64,000 bases of DNA, from contig CBFDEM010000047.1 in assembly GCA_965603825.1 (NCBI GenBank), positions 434,001 through 498,000 of the forward strand, given 5' to 3'. Position 1 is the first letter of the stretch. Every line of letters starts with the position of its first letter. The stretch is from Blepharisma stoltei ATCC 30299 (Eukaryota > Protista > Ciliophora). This document shows, in pieces, positions 49,317 through 60,078 of this stretch. The notes under the pieces are model-generated. The model had not been told where the DNA came from. It did no database searches and worked only from the letters and a program-made list of their open reading frames with translations. Made by a program: the position numbers and the translations under genes.

Positions 49317-49792
49317 TATTGAATTATAAAATTTGTAAACAGATAATAATGGCATTCTTGCAACTTAAAAAGAAATTTTTGAAATCTGTAGAAGCGCAAT
49401 TATCACTTCTCTGGGCTTAAAAAATTATAAAATGTTTTATAGTAATGGGATTTCAACTGTTTAATTAATTCTGTATATCATCTTATTTTATTTCTTTGAA
49501 CAGTACTATCCACTTCTATTTGAAATATAATGGGTTTTAACAGATTTTGATTTTTTGCATTTATTAGTTTGACACTTTTGCCTCATCATTAAGTTATAGA
49601 AATATCTAAGCTTTACCAATATATAAAGAGATCAGCTGCAACTCTGCTATTTATGAAACTAATAATTTATTAAAATAATTTAATTTTAATATAAAATGAT
49701 CATTAAATCAAAATACCAGTAAAAAAGTTGTAAGCTACAGCCATCTGAGATATGTAATATAAAAAGGACTAAAAGAATTCCTAATAATAAAT

Positions 49793-50504
49793 TTATTGAT
49801 TTTTAATAAGAGCTTCCAATCTTTTTCGCCTTATATCTACTTTTTGTCTTTTACCCAATTTAAAGGCAATAATTATAAAACTTATCATAAATATTGCACA
49901 TCCTGCTATCAAAATATAGGTTCCTATCGCATCGCCTTTTTCTTGATTTTCTGCAGGAGCTTTTCCTTTTACACTAGCAGCAGAAATCCCGTCAAAGCAA
50001 TTTTTCTTTTTGACCTCAAATCCCAATCTTTCGCAAAAATCTTTTCCATTATCTACAAAGCTCGTCAATGGATAACAAATTCAACTTCCTCCGCTGCAAA
50101 ATTCAATGCCGCTTTCAGTCATTCCAGCTTCAAAATAGTCATCTTTGCAGGATTCATATAAAGAATCGCATAGATTTTGGCAGATTCCAGACTTATGTCC
50201 TTCTCCTCTACTATAAAACTTACACGTCACCATCACACTCTGAGCACAAAATATCTTGCATCACAGTCAGGCATCTTGCACTATAACCTTGATAATCTGT
50301 ATATAAAGGAGGATTCATTAAAGGCCTTGAAATTCTTCTGAATATTTGTAAAGAATGTGATATATTGCAGCACGTCCTTTGAGAGTGCTGCTGGCAAAAT
50401 GGCAATTTTTCTGTGTGTACTTGAGTTCCAGGTGAAAACCTGAAACTCGTGGAGTTTTGGCAGAGAGACCAAACCCCTATAATTAAAAGGTAAAATTTAT
50501 TCAT
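49793..50504 (-). CDS. Folate-receptor-like Cys-rich domain protein with C-terminal TM helix
   Basis: Signal peptide; FC..HSQRTCC, CSECDGDV, ICQNLCDSLYESCKDDYF, FCERLGF..CFDG; one frame-restoring intron. Confidence 0.8.
50208..50223 (-). other. 16-nt intron (TAGTAG acceptor)
   Basis: GTAAGTTTTATAGTAG; removing 16 (or 13) nt restores the frame. Confidence 0.8.
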
Positions 50505-50594
50505 TTTAATTTATGATCATATGCCTTTTTAACATTGCATAGTAAAAATGTGCATTGCTATTAAATTATAAAAGCACAATTGAATCATAAGAAG

Positions 50595-51203
50595 ATGGAT
50601 ACAAGAAACATCAATGTTCCAAGGTCATATACAACGCCGAGATTAGAAGTTGTCCAAGTAGATTACTATAAAGATATCATAAATCACATTTACTTTTCAT
50701 GCGGAATGCAAATCTTTTATATGTTTTTGATTGCTTCATGTATGCTTATTAGTTTATGGATAGTTACTCACATAGCTTCGTACCCAGGTATATGCTATTT
50801 AGACCATCTCTGATTTTTCATTGTGGAAATTCTGCTTTCTTCTTTTGTTATCTTAGAAGTTTTGATTCGGTTCTTTTTACTCGGATCAATGAAATTTTGA
50901 ATTAGTTGGAGTAATAGGTTTGACTCATTCGTGGCTTTTCTATGTGTGATAGGAATAGCTATCACTGTTTGCTATTTTGCAATTCATGATATTGAAGAAA
51001 CTGTAGGAATTAGTTTATTAGTCATAAGAAACTCGATTAGTCTTATACGGGTTGTGGTGTTTTTTAAAAACCAGGACAGAGCTTTGTTGAGCAGTGTACA
51101 TTTGGCAGATAACCCAGGAATTCTTGACGATTTCCAAAGCTCTTTGGTACCTGAGCGAGCTGAGCCAGACCAAAATGAAGATAGAATAATAATAAATTTC
51201 TAG
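50595..51203 (+). CDS. Stand-alone voltage-sensor-like 4-TM protein
   Basis: LEVLIRFFLLG.MKF[W]ISWSNRFD S2-S3 pattern; no pore segment. Confidence 0.7.
50788..50802 (+). other. Candidate 15-nt intron (stop-free)
   Basis: GTATATGCTATTTAG, A10; not required by frame. Confidence 0.6.
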
Positions 51204-51211
51204 TAAAAATA

Positions 51212-52381
51212 ATGAATGGACTTCGCTATCCTTGCTTAGTTAGAGATTTCATACAAGATAGATTATATCAGCCAAATAAAGGATATTTTATGAAGCCGGA
51301 TCATCAATTAGGGCAGCTGACTGGAGAGCTTAGATATCACGATTTTAAAGGAATCCATTCCTATAGAGAAGCAATCGGCGAAAAATACCCAAAATATGCT
51401 TTCTTAACTCCTGTAGAAATCTTTCAGCCATGATATGGACACGCAATAGCGAACTATTGCTTGGAAAAGCAAAAATCGCCTACTATAAAAATCATTGAGT
51501 TTGGGGGAGGAACAGGTACAGGTGCCTTAAGTATACTTGATTTTTATAAAAATAACCATATGCAAACCTATAAAAAAGTAAATTACACCTTATGTGACAT
51601 CTCCCCTGTAATAGCAGAAACAGCTAAAGCTAGATTATCTAAAGCTCATCCTGAACTATATAGAAATGGTCAAATTTCAGTGATTGCAAAATCAGCCTTT
51701 GATTATCAAAAAATTACTGAGGAGTTTACATATATTATTGCCTTAGAAATGCTCGATAACTTGCCTCATGACAGAGTTTGAATGGAAAATAAAGAATATT
51801 GCTTACAGTCTATGATTACTGAGGATTTAGAGGAGAAAAAAGAGCCACTTACTGATAAAATTATTAAAGATTGTCTAGATGTGTATACAAACATGCCGCC
51901 AATGAGTGACAGCGATAGAGAATCTGAATATGCAGAAGGATTCATATACAATTTAATAAAATATTGGAATAGAAAAAAATATGATAACTTATTTTTACCG
52001 ACTGGAATTTATATGCTAATGAACCACTTCAAGAAGGTTTTTACGAACCCGCACTTCATATTCAGTGATTTTGATTTTCTGCCTGGCAAAAAGATCAAAG
52101 GAATAAATGCTCCAATCGTCTCTAAAAAGGGTGAAAAATCAAATGAGAAGAAAGATTTTTCCACTTTTTTGACACCAGTTGGGGAAGCTGATATATTTTT
52201 TCCTACAAATTTTAGGTTTATACAAGAATTGAATAGAAAAATATATGGAAAAAGTGGAGGTGTCGCAAAAAGCTATAAATTCATGGAAAAATATGCGAAA
52301 AGTAACTGGACAGAAACACAGACAGGGTATCGGCCACTTTTTGACGACTTTAGGAACACATCATTTTTTACTTCAGACTAA
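51212..52381 (+). CDS. NDUFAF7: NDUFAF7/MidA-family SAM-dependent methyltransferase
   Basis: RDFIQDRLYQPNKGYF, LTPVEIFQP[W]YG, IIEFGGGTG, ALEMLDNLPHD, GEADIFFPTNF. Confidence 0.85.
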
Positions 52382-52422
52382 TATTAACAAACCTTATTAA
52401 GCAAATACTTTTAAATTAGTTA

Positions 52423-55400
52423 TTATGCTTGGCTTTTAGCGTCTTCTGCTTTCGCTTCTGCAAGAGCATCCATTAATTCTCTAATCAAGAATGTTCCAAA
52501 TCCATATCCGCCAATTCCATACTTAGTGATAGTTTTGACGAACAGTTTAGGCCCAATTGAGTCGTTGCCTTGGCTTGCTTCAGCCCAGATTTGTGCAACT
52601 CTTTCGTCAGAAAGACAAGGATCATATTTAAGTGCAGCTGATTTGAATTGTTCAGCGTTAACTCCTTCAGTTCCAAAGGCTTCGTATTCTCCAAACAAGA
52701 ATGCGGTATCTTTTCTTTGCTTGGCTTTGTAAACGTCAATTAAAGCTACCAAATAGCTAGCCTTGCTGACAACCCAATCTTCACTTCTATTCCATTCCAT
52801 AAGGTTCTTCATGTTAATCTTAGCCATAAAGCTTTCTTTGGTGATTTCTCCATTTCCTCTTGTATCTAAGAGTCTCATGAGCTTATTGATGTTTTCATCA
52901 GATATCCAAAGGTCTAAATCTTCTTTGGTTCCGCTAATAAATTCGTTGGCATCAATTGTGCCACCAGCATCTTTATCAAGCATGTTGAAGATGGCTTCAG
53001 GGGTCTTTCCGAGCTTGGCCATCTTGTGGCAAATCTTGTAGGCGACAAAATCTTCGTGTGAGACTGCTTCTGGTTTGATGTATTCTAAGGCAAGGGTTCC
53101 CATTTCTCTGTCTCCCATAAACATGGTGTACAGGAGCTCAATAACGTCGCTTAACAAAGCAACTCCTCCAGTGCCTGCAGCTTCAAAGGCAGCACGGCCG
53201 CTTGCCTTTCCTTTAGGTCCAGATGCCTTCTTGCCTTGGTTTTGTCTTGTTCTTTCTAGCTTGTCAATAAGTGGGTGGAAGCCAACTCTAGCTCTGACAA
53301 GATACACAGAAAGGCTACTAGGAACTGGGTCTGGGTGGAACATTTGAAGAAGTCTGCAGTAGAATGCAGCATATTTGTTGCCTTCACTGAAGAGTTGATC
53401 AAGAGCTGGTAGTAACCCTGCTAAATGCTTCATAGCGAGTTTAGAAATACCGAAGGTCTTGTTGAGGTGCTCCATTAAGAAGTCAGGCATTGGTTTAGGA
53501 GTTTTGCGTTCTGACAAGTCTTTTCTGTCAGCTTCGAATTTCTTGTCCATAAGATCTTCCAAGAATTTGAAGACGTTCAGGTAGCTGATTGGTTTTTCGT
53601 TTGGAATACCAGCTTCTCTGATTGCTTTGGTGACTGCGTTGCATTCAATCATGGTCTTATTGTCCTCTTGCATTTCAATGGCAGCAGCTTCGTAGTGTTT
53701 CTTTTCTTTTTCTTCGACGTTGTCTGGGATTTCAATAGTGCTGGTTGCTACAACTATGTGAGAGTCTCCTTTGATGGTCTTCTTGCTCATCCAAGTTCTG
53801 AAGTACTGCTGTTGCTTGTTCTTGTATGAGTTGATGAATCTGATCAAGAAGTTTCTGTTCATTGCTAAAGAGTGTCTTGTGTGGAGTCCTAACAATTCAG
53901 TTCTGAGCTTATCGATGGTGTCGTTGAGTTCAGAAATTTGGTTTTCTTTCTGAGCGATTTCAGCAGTCATTTTGTTTATGGCTTCTTGGACGTCTGATGA
54001 CTTGTCTCCACTGAATTCTTCAAGGTAGTCAATCTTATGCTTCAAGTTCTGGTTTTCTTTTTGCAGAGCTGCGACATCTTTTTGGAGTTTGTCGACTTGA
54101 CGAGTCTTGTACTTGAGGTTTTCGTTTTCGCTAGTAAGCTCCTTGATGCGTCTTTGTAAGTCACTGAGGTCGATTTCTTGAGATTTGATTTGAGTGTCTT
54201 GCTCTTCTTTTTCTTCTTTGATCAGAGCATAGAGCTGCTGGTATCTTCTAGCGCTTTCAAGCTGTTCTTCAAGCTCGTTTAGTGCCTTATCCTTATCTTC
54301 AAGCATATGCTCAAGGTAAGCAATTTCTTCTGGGTTTCCAGCTTGGCCGAGCTTGAGTTTCTCTTCAAGTTCGTTTCTTTCAGTTTCAAGCTTCAATATG
54401 TGGAGCTTAAGTTCATTCTTTTCTCTGATTTGCTCAGCTAGTTTTTCTTCGAGTTCAGCTTTTTCTCCAGTCAGTTTCTGGATTTCTCTGTCTTTAGCTT
54501 TGACGATATCTTCAAGTTCATCAGCGTGCTTGGACTTAGCAGCAAGCTCTTCTCTGGCTTGTCTAAGGTCGTTCTTAAGAGCGTCCAAAAGTTCGAGTTT
54601 TTCTTTGTCACCTTGGAAGTTCTTTTCGCTTGATCTTTGAAGCTGGTCTAAGGAGTTTTGCAAATCTCTGATTTGGGTATCTTTTTCTTTATTGACTCTT
54701 CTGATGTTTCTTAGTTCCTTGTTGGCATCGTCAAGTTCTTCAGTGGTTCTTGACATTTCTTCCTTCAAGTTCTCAATTTCATTGGTTGCATCAGCAACTT
54801 TGATCTTGAGTTCAGAAATGACGGTTTCTTTATCAGCTGATTCTTGAGTTAATTTTTCAACTAGTTTGGAGTTTTGCTCGACTGAGTTTTGGAGTAAGTG
54901 AATTTGGGCTTCGTATTGGACTTTTTGGCCTTCAAAGGTAGCCTTGGTGGTTTGCAGCTCGTTGAGTTTGTCTTGGACATCTCCTTTGAGTCTGTTGATT
55001 TCTTTAGAAAGTCTTTCTCTTAAATCTTTTCTAAGCCTTTCTAGTTTCTCCCATTGATCAAGTCTATCAGTAACTCTTTGAATGACTTCTGGCATGTTAG
55101 CTGGCGACTCTTCTTCGATCTTTTCAATTGCTTTCTTAACCTTGTCGAGAGCATCTTTAGTCTTGGCATCGTCAGAAGAAATGGTGTTTGCTGTTTCTCT
55201 TATAGCCTTCTTTAGCAAATCTTCAGTTTGGATATCAACGTCATCAATGCTTGATCTGAGTCCTCCAGCCTCTTTGACAAGCTTGCTTTGGAGTTTGGTT
55301 TGTGATTGTCTGGAAGGAAGGAGTTTGCTGATATTGGTTGAAACCAAGTCAAGTGAATCAGTGATGGTGTTTGGCTCACCTTGTTGAAGGGCTCTTGCTT

Positions 55401-58400
55401 CTTTGAGATCTTTGGCTTGGGCCTTATCGTCAGATGATCCACATAATCTGAAAAGTCCTGCGAAGACTGTATCAGTTTCGGTATCATCAGCGCTTGCTGA
55501 TTCTGCAATTAATTTAATTAAATCTGCAAGTTTTCCTTTAATTGGAGTGTCATTGAGTAATGATTGCTTCTTTTGCTCAATAGTGTTTGCGTTGTCAAAT
55601 CCACCTAGGATAGAGCTTGCTAACTGAGGAATTGTAGTTGCTACTCCTGAAGGATCAGTGAGAGCCTTGAGAGGAGTAATATCAGCTTCTAAGCTTGGGA
55701 ACAATTGAGAGACAAGTGTTTGAAGAGTTGAATAAGATCCTTTAATTGACTTGAATTCAGCCTCTTCGATAGCTCTGAGCATTTCAATGGTTTCAGCTTC
55801 CCTGTTATCTTTAGGCTTGGCTGCATCTCTCAGTTTTTGGAGCTCTCTTTCTAAGTTGATTCTTCCAAGCAGCCTTAAGACTAAGTCAACGACGTTGTCA
55901 AGTTCCTGGGCTGAGTACTCATCTTCTTTTTGCTTGAAGAGGTTGAGTTGAGCTTTAAGAAGATCTTCTCCCTCTGGGATAACCATTTCAGTTTCAGTGA
56001 TGGACCCCTTGACAGTTCTTGCTTTATCGCTGTCGATGTCTCTTAGTCTTTCTAAGACGCTCATGACCTTATCATTTAAGCTCATAACCAACCTGCTTTG
56101 CTCTAGCCTTAGTCCAGCGTAATGCTCAATCTTAGGTGCGTGGTCTTCTTTCAGAACGTCTTCTGACTTAGCTTTCAAGTTCTTCTCAACAACCTTGTTA
56201 TCAGGAGTGCCGAAGTACTTGGTCATGGCTTCAATGACTGGGATTGCCATTGCTTGCTCTCTGTTGTAGGCTTCGCAAATAAGCTCGGCGTTGACATCAA
56301 GTCCTTGTCCTTTGAGAATTTCAGTCCAGAGGACAGTGGAGAAGGTCTTGCTACCAGTTCTTTGAGTAACTGTGGTAGTGGCTTGATCTTCAAGTTCGGT
56401 GATTACTTCATCGACTGGCTTTTCTAGGAGTTTAGCTAGGAGTCTAAGAATTAATTTGCTGTATCTTGTGGCGAGTCTTCCTACGCGTTTAGGAGTCAGC
56501 TCAGTAAGCTTCTCAAATCTCCTGCTGCATTTGTCAATAAGAGCTTGCTCATCGTGAGGGTGAGCTTGGGAGAGGATTCCAACAGCTTTATTTAGATAAA
56601 CAATGAATTTCGCGACATCGTTATGATCTGGACCAGCGAAGAATGGCTTGATTTCTCTTAGCTTAACAACTGGGTGAAGTTTCATCTTCTTGCTAACTCC
56701 ATAGTGAACTTGTCTAGCTTCTTCATCAGTGACTGGTGGTCCATCTTTGGTAATCTCATTAAGGTTGAATTCAGACCAATCAGCGGCAAGTTCAGTATAA
56801 TAAGGCATCAATTGGTGAGGTTCAGTTGGTACTTTATCCTTTCTAGCCACAAGTGTATCAAGTTCTGGGTGTTCAGCAACGCTTGCTTTTTCATATAACT
56901 TCTTAGATGCTAAGTTCAAGTTTTCAAGTGTAGTCAAAATCGACTTAATTTCATCTTCACTTGGCTCTTGTTCTCTCAATTTGACCATGAGTTGGTCCAA
57001 CAAATCTCTTAGTCTTCTTTCAACTTCTTTCTCAAGTTCTGGGTAAGTCTTCAAGTAATCATCCAAAAGTTCAAGAGCTCTGGTATTGTTGTCTGGAATT
57101 TCATCATGGACGGCTTCGTGGATACTATTGACGAGGTCTTTGGCTTCTGCAAGCTGTTCATCGCTTCCTACAAGTCCAGCAAGCCAGAGAAGTCTGTCAG
57201 TATCGTTATCCTTTTTCATTCTGAGGGAATGGAGAAGTTCAACTGGGTCAAATGGCAATGAAGCTGCTGTTTGCTTCTTGGTCAAAGCTGCAACTGCTGC
57301 GTCAACGTTTTCGTCATCTTCAGGGAGTCCAGTCATTCTGAAGTAGACGTTAATGATGTACCCAATTCTCTTTGTCAAGTCGGCAAGGTTTTCGGCCGGC
57401 TTGTCTTTAAGTTCTTCAACTTCAGGAGGGACAGGGACATTGAAGAATTTCGAACCATTGTCAACAAGTCTGTGAGCCTTATTAAGAGTTGTATATAAGT
57501 TCTTGAAAATATCAGGAGCCATTACGAATTCTCTCTTTTCTTTTTCCAAGTCATTGAGGACATTGAAAACGTCACTGACAGTTTCCATGTTGGTTCTGTT
57601 TTCTTGCATATTGTTGTTGACCTCATCCTTGAACTTTCTAAGCTCGCTGACTCTCTCGTCAATATTTGGTTTGCTTCCATAGATCAGAGCACCCATGCCT
57701 TCTAAGGTTTCGAAGGAGTCTTTGACAGATTCAGTGGCTAAATCAGTGATGTCGATAGCTGACTGTGGGCCTGCTCCTTTCTTGGACCTGACTCTTACAG
57801 CTTTAGGTCTTCTGCCTCCTGCTCCACCTGAGCTTGCTGCTTGACTGACAGCATCTTTGGATTTTTGAATCAAAAATTCCAAAAGTTCTTCTTCATTTGA
57901 AATGGCTGGGAACAGCTCTTCAATGGTGGTCTTAATAGTGATAAGCGCTTCTCTTGCAGTGTCAGGGACAACTCCAGTTACTGAATTGATTCCTTGCTCA
58001 CAGACTTCATTGGCTTGTTCTTGGTCACTTTCGTCACCAACTCCTTCAGCTAAATCTTTAATGTTGCGAGAAACTGCATCTTGGGTGATTTTCCCGTTAA
58101 CTAATAAGAACTTGAGAAGAGTGACTGGGTCATAAGGAAGAACGCATTCTCCTTTACCTCTCTTTTTGATTGAGTCGTTGATTTCTTGGTTGTCTTCATT
58201 AGCGGTGTCATCGTCCATGCCAATAAGTTTACCTAATAAAGCTCTGAGTACATTTGTCCATCTGCCAAGCTTTTCGACTTGAGGAGCGAGTTGATTAGGA
58301 ACTTCTAGCTCAGACAAAGTCTTAATAATAGGAAGTTCAGGCTTTTCAAGGGTCACTGCGAGTTCTTTGGCGAGTTCTGCATCTTTAGCACTAATATCGG

Positions 58401-60078
58401 CGATTTTCTGAACAAGGTCTTCACCCATGAGTTCTCTCTTGAAGTCTTCTTGGTCTCTAGCAAGTCTGAAGATTTGGTCAATCAAGATGTTATACCTTTG
58501 GCCACTAGCGATACCTTCATCGATTTCTGCAAGTCTCTGGTGTTGGCCAGCTCTGATTTGTTGAGTAATTTCATCATTAGGCTTGTAGTTGGCTTCAATC
58601 TTATCCAAAGTGCTTTCTCCTTTGTGAAGGGTATCAGCAAGTTCTTTGATAGGTCTTGCAAGCTTGTTATTGATAGCTTGGGTTTCTTCAGGAGTTTCTT
58701 CTCCGTCAAAAGTGCCAACTCCAATCATCTTAATAAGAGATTTTGCAAGGTTTTGGTATCTATCGTTGACGTGAACTCCGTCTTGTAGTGAAACTGCGTT
58801 TTCTCTGTCTTTTTTGACTCCAGCGTGCTCGTGGAGGAAAGGATGAACTCTATCTGGCTTAATGATAGGTAGAAGGGCAGAGACAATTGCATCATCAGCG
58901 TCAAGGATTTTATTAAGCTGAGCTGAGGTGACACTTTGGTCAGAAATACCTTTGAACGATTTTTGTTTGAGGTCTTCTAGCTTATTTTGGAGATCAGTAA
59001 GTTCATTAAGTTTGGCAACAATTGAAAGAGGATCGTCGAAATTTGGATCTTCTAAAGCACTGATGGCGTCAGCTAGCTTTGCAGCCTCTTCTTGAAGGTC
59101 AGGAGTCATAGCGACTAAGCTTTTCAAGGTGTCTTGAGATGCATCAACTTCGGCTTTTTGCTTTCTGAAAAGATCGGTAAGTGGGACGACCATTTTAGCT
59201 CTTTCCATAGCAACTGCAGCTTTTGCGCCTTCGGTGCCGACTTCTGGTTTTTTGCCTTCCCAATCCATCTTGTATGCTTGGTCAGGTTTTTTGTCTTTGA
59301 CGAAACCCCATTTCTTGTCTCCACGAGTCCAAGTTTTTTCTTGAGATTCGTGTTCAGGAGTTTTCTCTCTTTTTTCTTCCCAGCTGAGATCTCCTTTCTT
59401 GCCAGTATCGAGCCCAGTGTATTTGTCACCTTCCTGTTTCCATTCTTTTTTCTCATTGAAATCGAAATCTGGGTCATCTTTCCAGCTTTCTCCCCATTTC
59501 TTGTCTCCTTCTTGGTATTCTTTTTCTTCTCCTCTAGATGTGCCTAAAGTCCAGACCTTTTCCTTTCCTGAGCTTGTTGGGTCACTCCAGAATTTTTCAG
59601 TGTAATCTTCAAGACCTTCAGGAGTGCATCTAACACATTGTTTGGTTCCATTAGTGACATCTCCTATCTTCGTGGACTCTTCAAAGCTTTTAACGATTGG
59701 TCCAAGCTCCCAGGTGGTATGAACTTCGTGGTCAGGGAGGTATTTGATCACCACACCCCATTCATGTGGGTACTTATGCCAAGTTTTTGCAACAATGTGA
59801 ATGCCTTCTTCTACGAACCAATGCTCGTAAAACCAAGTATCTGAGTTCTTGTCGTGCCCAAACTTTTCCCCAGTTTGGCTTGTTGAGTCGAACCACTCAT
59901 AGATATCGCAATTGTCAATTACCCAATAGGCCTCTTGACCTGTTTCAGTTGTTTTGGTGAAATGTTCCTCTGCTGAGACTGCTGAGATGAGTTTATTATA
60001 GATGAGCCAAGTCTCATAGTGTTTCATTGAAAAGGCTGGGTAAGACCCAGACCACCAACTTTCAAGTTTAGAAGCCAT
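52423..60078 (-). CDS. Giant 2,551-aa protein: Trp-rich N-terminal domain, helical rod and coiled coil, C-terminal EF-hands
   Basis: Uninterrupted ORF; EF-hand loops DKDAGGTIDANE and DTRGNGEITKES; strong codon bias. Confidence 0.9.
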   Translation of the reverse strand: MASKLESWWSGSYPAFSMKHYETWLIYNKLISAVSAEEHFTKTTETGQEAYWVIDNCDIYEWFDSTSQTGEKFGHDKNSDTWFYEHWFVEEGIHIVAKTWHKYPHEWGVVIKYLPDHEVHTTWELGPIVKSFEESTKIGDVTNGTKQCVRCTPEGLEDYTEKFWSDPTSSGKEKVWTLGTSRGEEKEYQEGDKKWGESWKDDPDFDFNEKKEWKQEGDKYTGLDTGKKGDLSWEEKREKTPEHESQEKTWTRGDKKWGFVKDKKPDQAYKMDWEGKKPEVGTEGAKAAVAMERAKMVVPLTDLFRKQKAEVDASQDTLKSLVAMTPDLQEEAAKLADAISALEDPNFDDPLSIVAKLNELTDLQNKLEDLKQKSFKGISDQSVTSAQLNKILDADDAIVSALLPIIKPDRVHPFLHEHAGVKKDRENAVSLQDGVHVNDRYQNLAKSLIKMIGVGTFDGEETPEETQAINNKLARPIKELADTLHKGESTLDKIEANYKPNDEITQQIRAGQHQRLAEIDEGIASGQRYNILIDQIFRLARDQEDFKRELMGEDLVQKIADISAKDAELAKELAVTLEKPELPIIKTLSELEVPNQLAPQVEKLGRWTNVLRALLGKLIGMDDDTANEDNQEINDSIKKRGKGECVLPYDPVTLLKFLLVNGKITQDAVSRNIKDLAEGVGDESDQEQANEVCEQGINSVTGVVPDTAREALITIKTTIEELFPAISNEEELLEFLIQKSKDAVSQAASSGGAGGRRPKAVRVRSKKGAGPQSAIDITDLATESVKDSFETLEGMGALIYGSKPNIDERVSELRKFKDEVNNNMQENRTNMETVSDVFNVLNDLEKEKREFVMAPDIFKNLYTTLNKAHRLVDNGSKFFNVPVPPEVEELKDKPAENLADLTKRIGYIINVYFRMTGLPEDDENVDAAVAALTKKQTAASLPFDPVELLHSLRMKKDNDTDRLLWLAGLVGSDEQLAEAKDLVNSIHEAVHDEIPDNNTRALELLDDYLKTYPELEKEVERRLRDLLDQLMVKLREQEPSEDEIKSILTTLENLNLASKKLYEKASVAEHPELDTLVARKDKVPTEPHQLMPYYTELAADWSEFNLNEITKDGPPVTDEEARQVHYGVSKKMKLHPVVKLREIKPFFAGPDHNDVAKFIVYLNKAVGILSQAHPHDEQALIDKCSRRFEKLTELTPKRVGRLATRYSKLILRLLAKLLEKPVDEVITELEDQATTTVTQRTGSKTFSTVLWTEILKGQGLDVNAELICEAYNREQAMAIPVIEAMTKYFGTPDNKVVEKNLKAKSEDVLKEDHAPKIEHYAGLRLEQSRLVMSLNDKVMSVLERLRDIDSDKARTVKGSITETEMVIPEGEDLLKAQLNLFKQKEDEYSAQELDNVVDLVLRLLGRINLERELQKLRDAAKPKDNREAETIEMLRAIEEAEFKSIKGSYSTLQTLVSQLFPSLEADITPLKALTDPSGVATTIPQLASSILGGFDNANTIEQKKQSLLNDTPIKGKLADLIKLIAESASADDTETDTVFAGLFRLCGSSDDKAQAKDLKEARALQQGEPNTITDSLDLVSTNISKLLPSRQSQTKLQSKLVKEAGGLRSSIDDVDIQTEDLLKKAIRETANTISSDDAKTKDALDKVKKAIEKIEEESPANMPEVIQRVTDRLDQWEKLERLRKDLRERLSKEINRLKGDVQDKLNELQTTKATFEGQKVQYEAQIHLLQNSVEQNSKLVEKLTQESADKETVISELKIKVADATNEIENLKEEMSRTTEELDDANKELRNIRRVNKEKDTQIRDLQNSLDQLQRSSEKNFQGDKEKLELLDALKNDLRQAREELAAKSKHADELEDIVKAKDREIQKLTGEKAELEEKLAEQIREKNELKLHILKLETERNELEEKLKLGQAGNPEEIAYLEHMLEDKDKALNELEEQLESARRYQQLYALIKEEKEEQDTQIKSQEIDLSDLQRRIKELTSENENLKYKTRQVDKLQKDVAALQKENQNLKHKIDYLEEFSGDKSSDVQEAINKMTAEIAQKENQISELNDTIDKLRTELLGLHTRHSLAMNRNFLIRFINSYKNKQQQYFRTWMSKKTIKGDSHIVVATSTIEIPDNVEEKEKKHYEAAAIEMQEDNKTMIECNAVTKAIREAGIPNEKPISYLNVFKFLEDLMDKKFEADRKDLSERKTPKPMPDFLMEHLNKTFGISKLAMKHLAGLLPALDQLFSEGNKYAAFYCRLLQMFHPDPVPSSLSVYLVRARVGFHPLIDKLERTRQNQGKKASGPKGKASGRAAFEAAGTGGVALLSDVIELLYTMFMGDREMGTLALEYIKPEAVSHEDFVAYKICHKMAKLGKTPEAIFNMLDKDAGGTIDANEFISGTKEDLDLWISDENINKLMRLLDTRGNGEITKESFMAKINMKNLMEWNRSEDWVVSKASYLVALIDVYKAKQRKDTAFLFGEYEAFGTEGVNAEQFKSAALKYDPCLSDERVAQIWAEASQGNDSIGPKLFVKTITKYGIGGYGFGTFLIRELMDALAEAKAEDAKSQA

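Noticed and set aside
49317-49355. 13-aa N-terminal extension of CDPK-like C
   Set aside because: Both paralogs begin with MGCC, and acylation needs Gly at position 2
52485-59960. Many antisense and alternate-frame ORFs over the giant gene and other coiled-coil genes
   Set aside because: Ser/Leu/Phe-rich shadows expected from the codon bias of the sense strand
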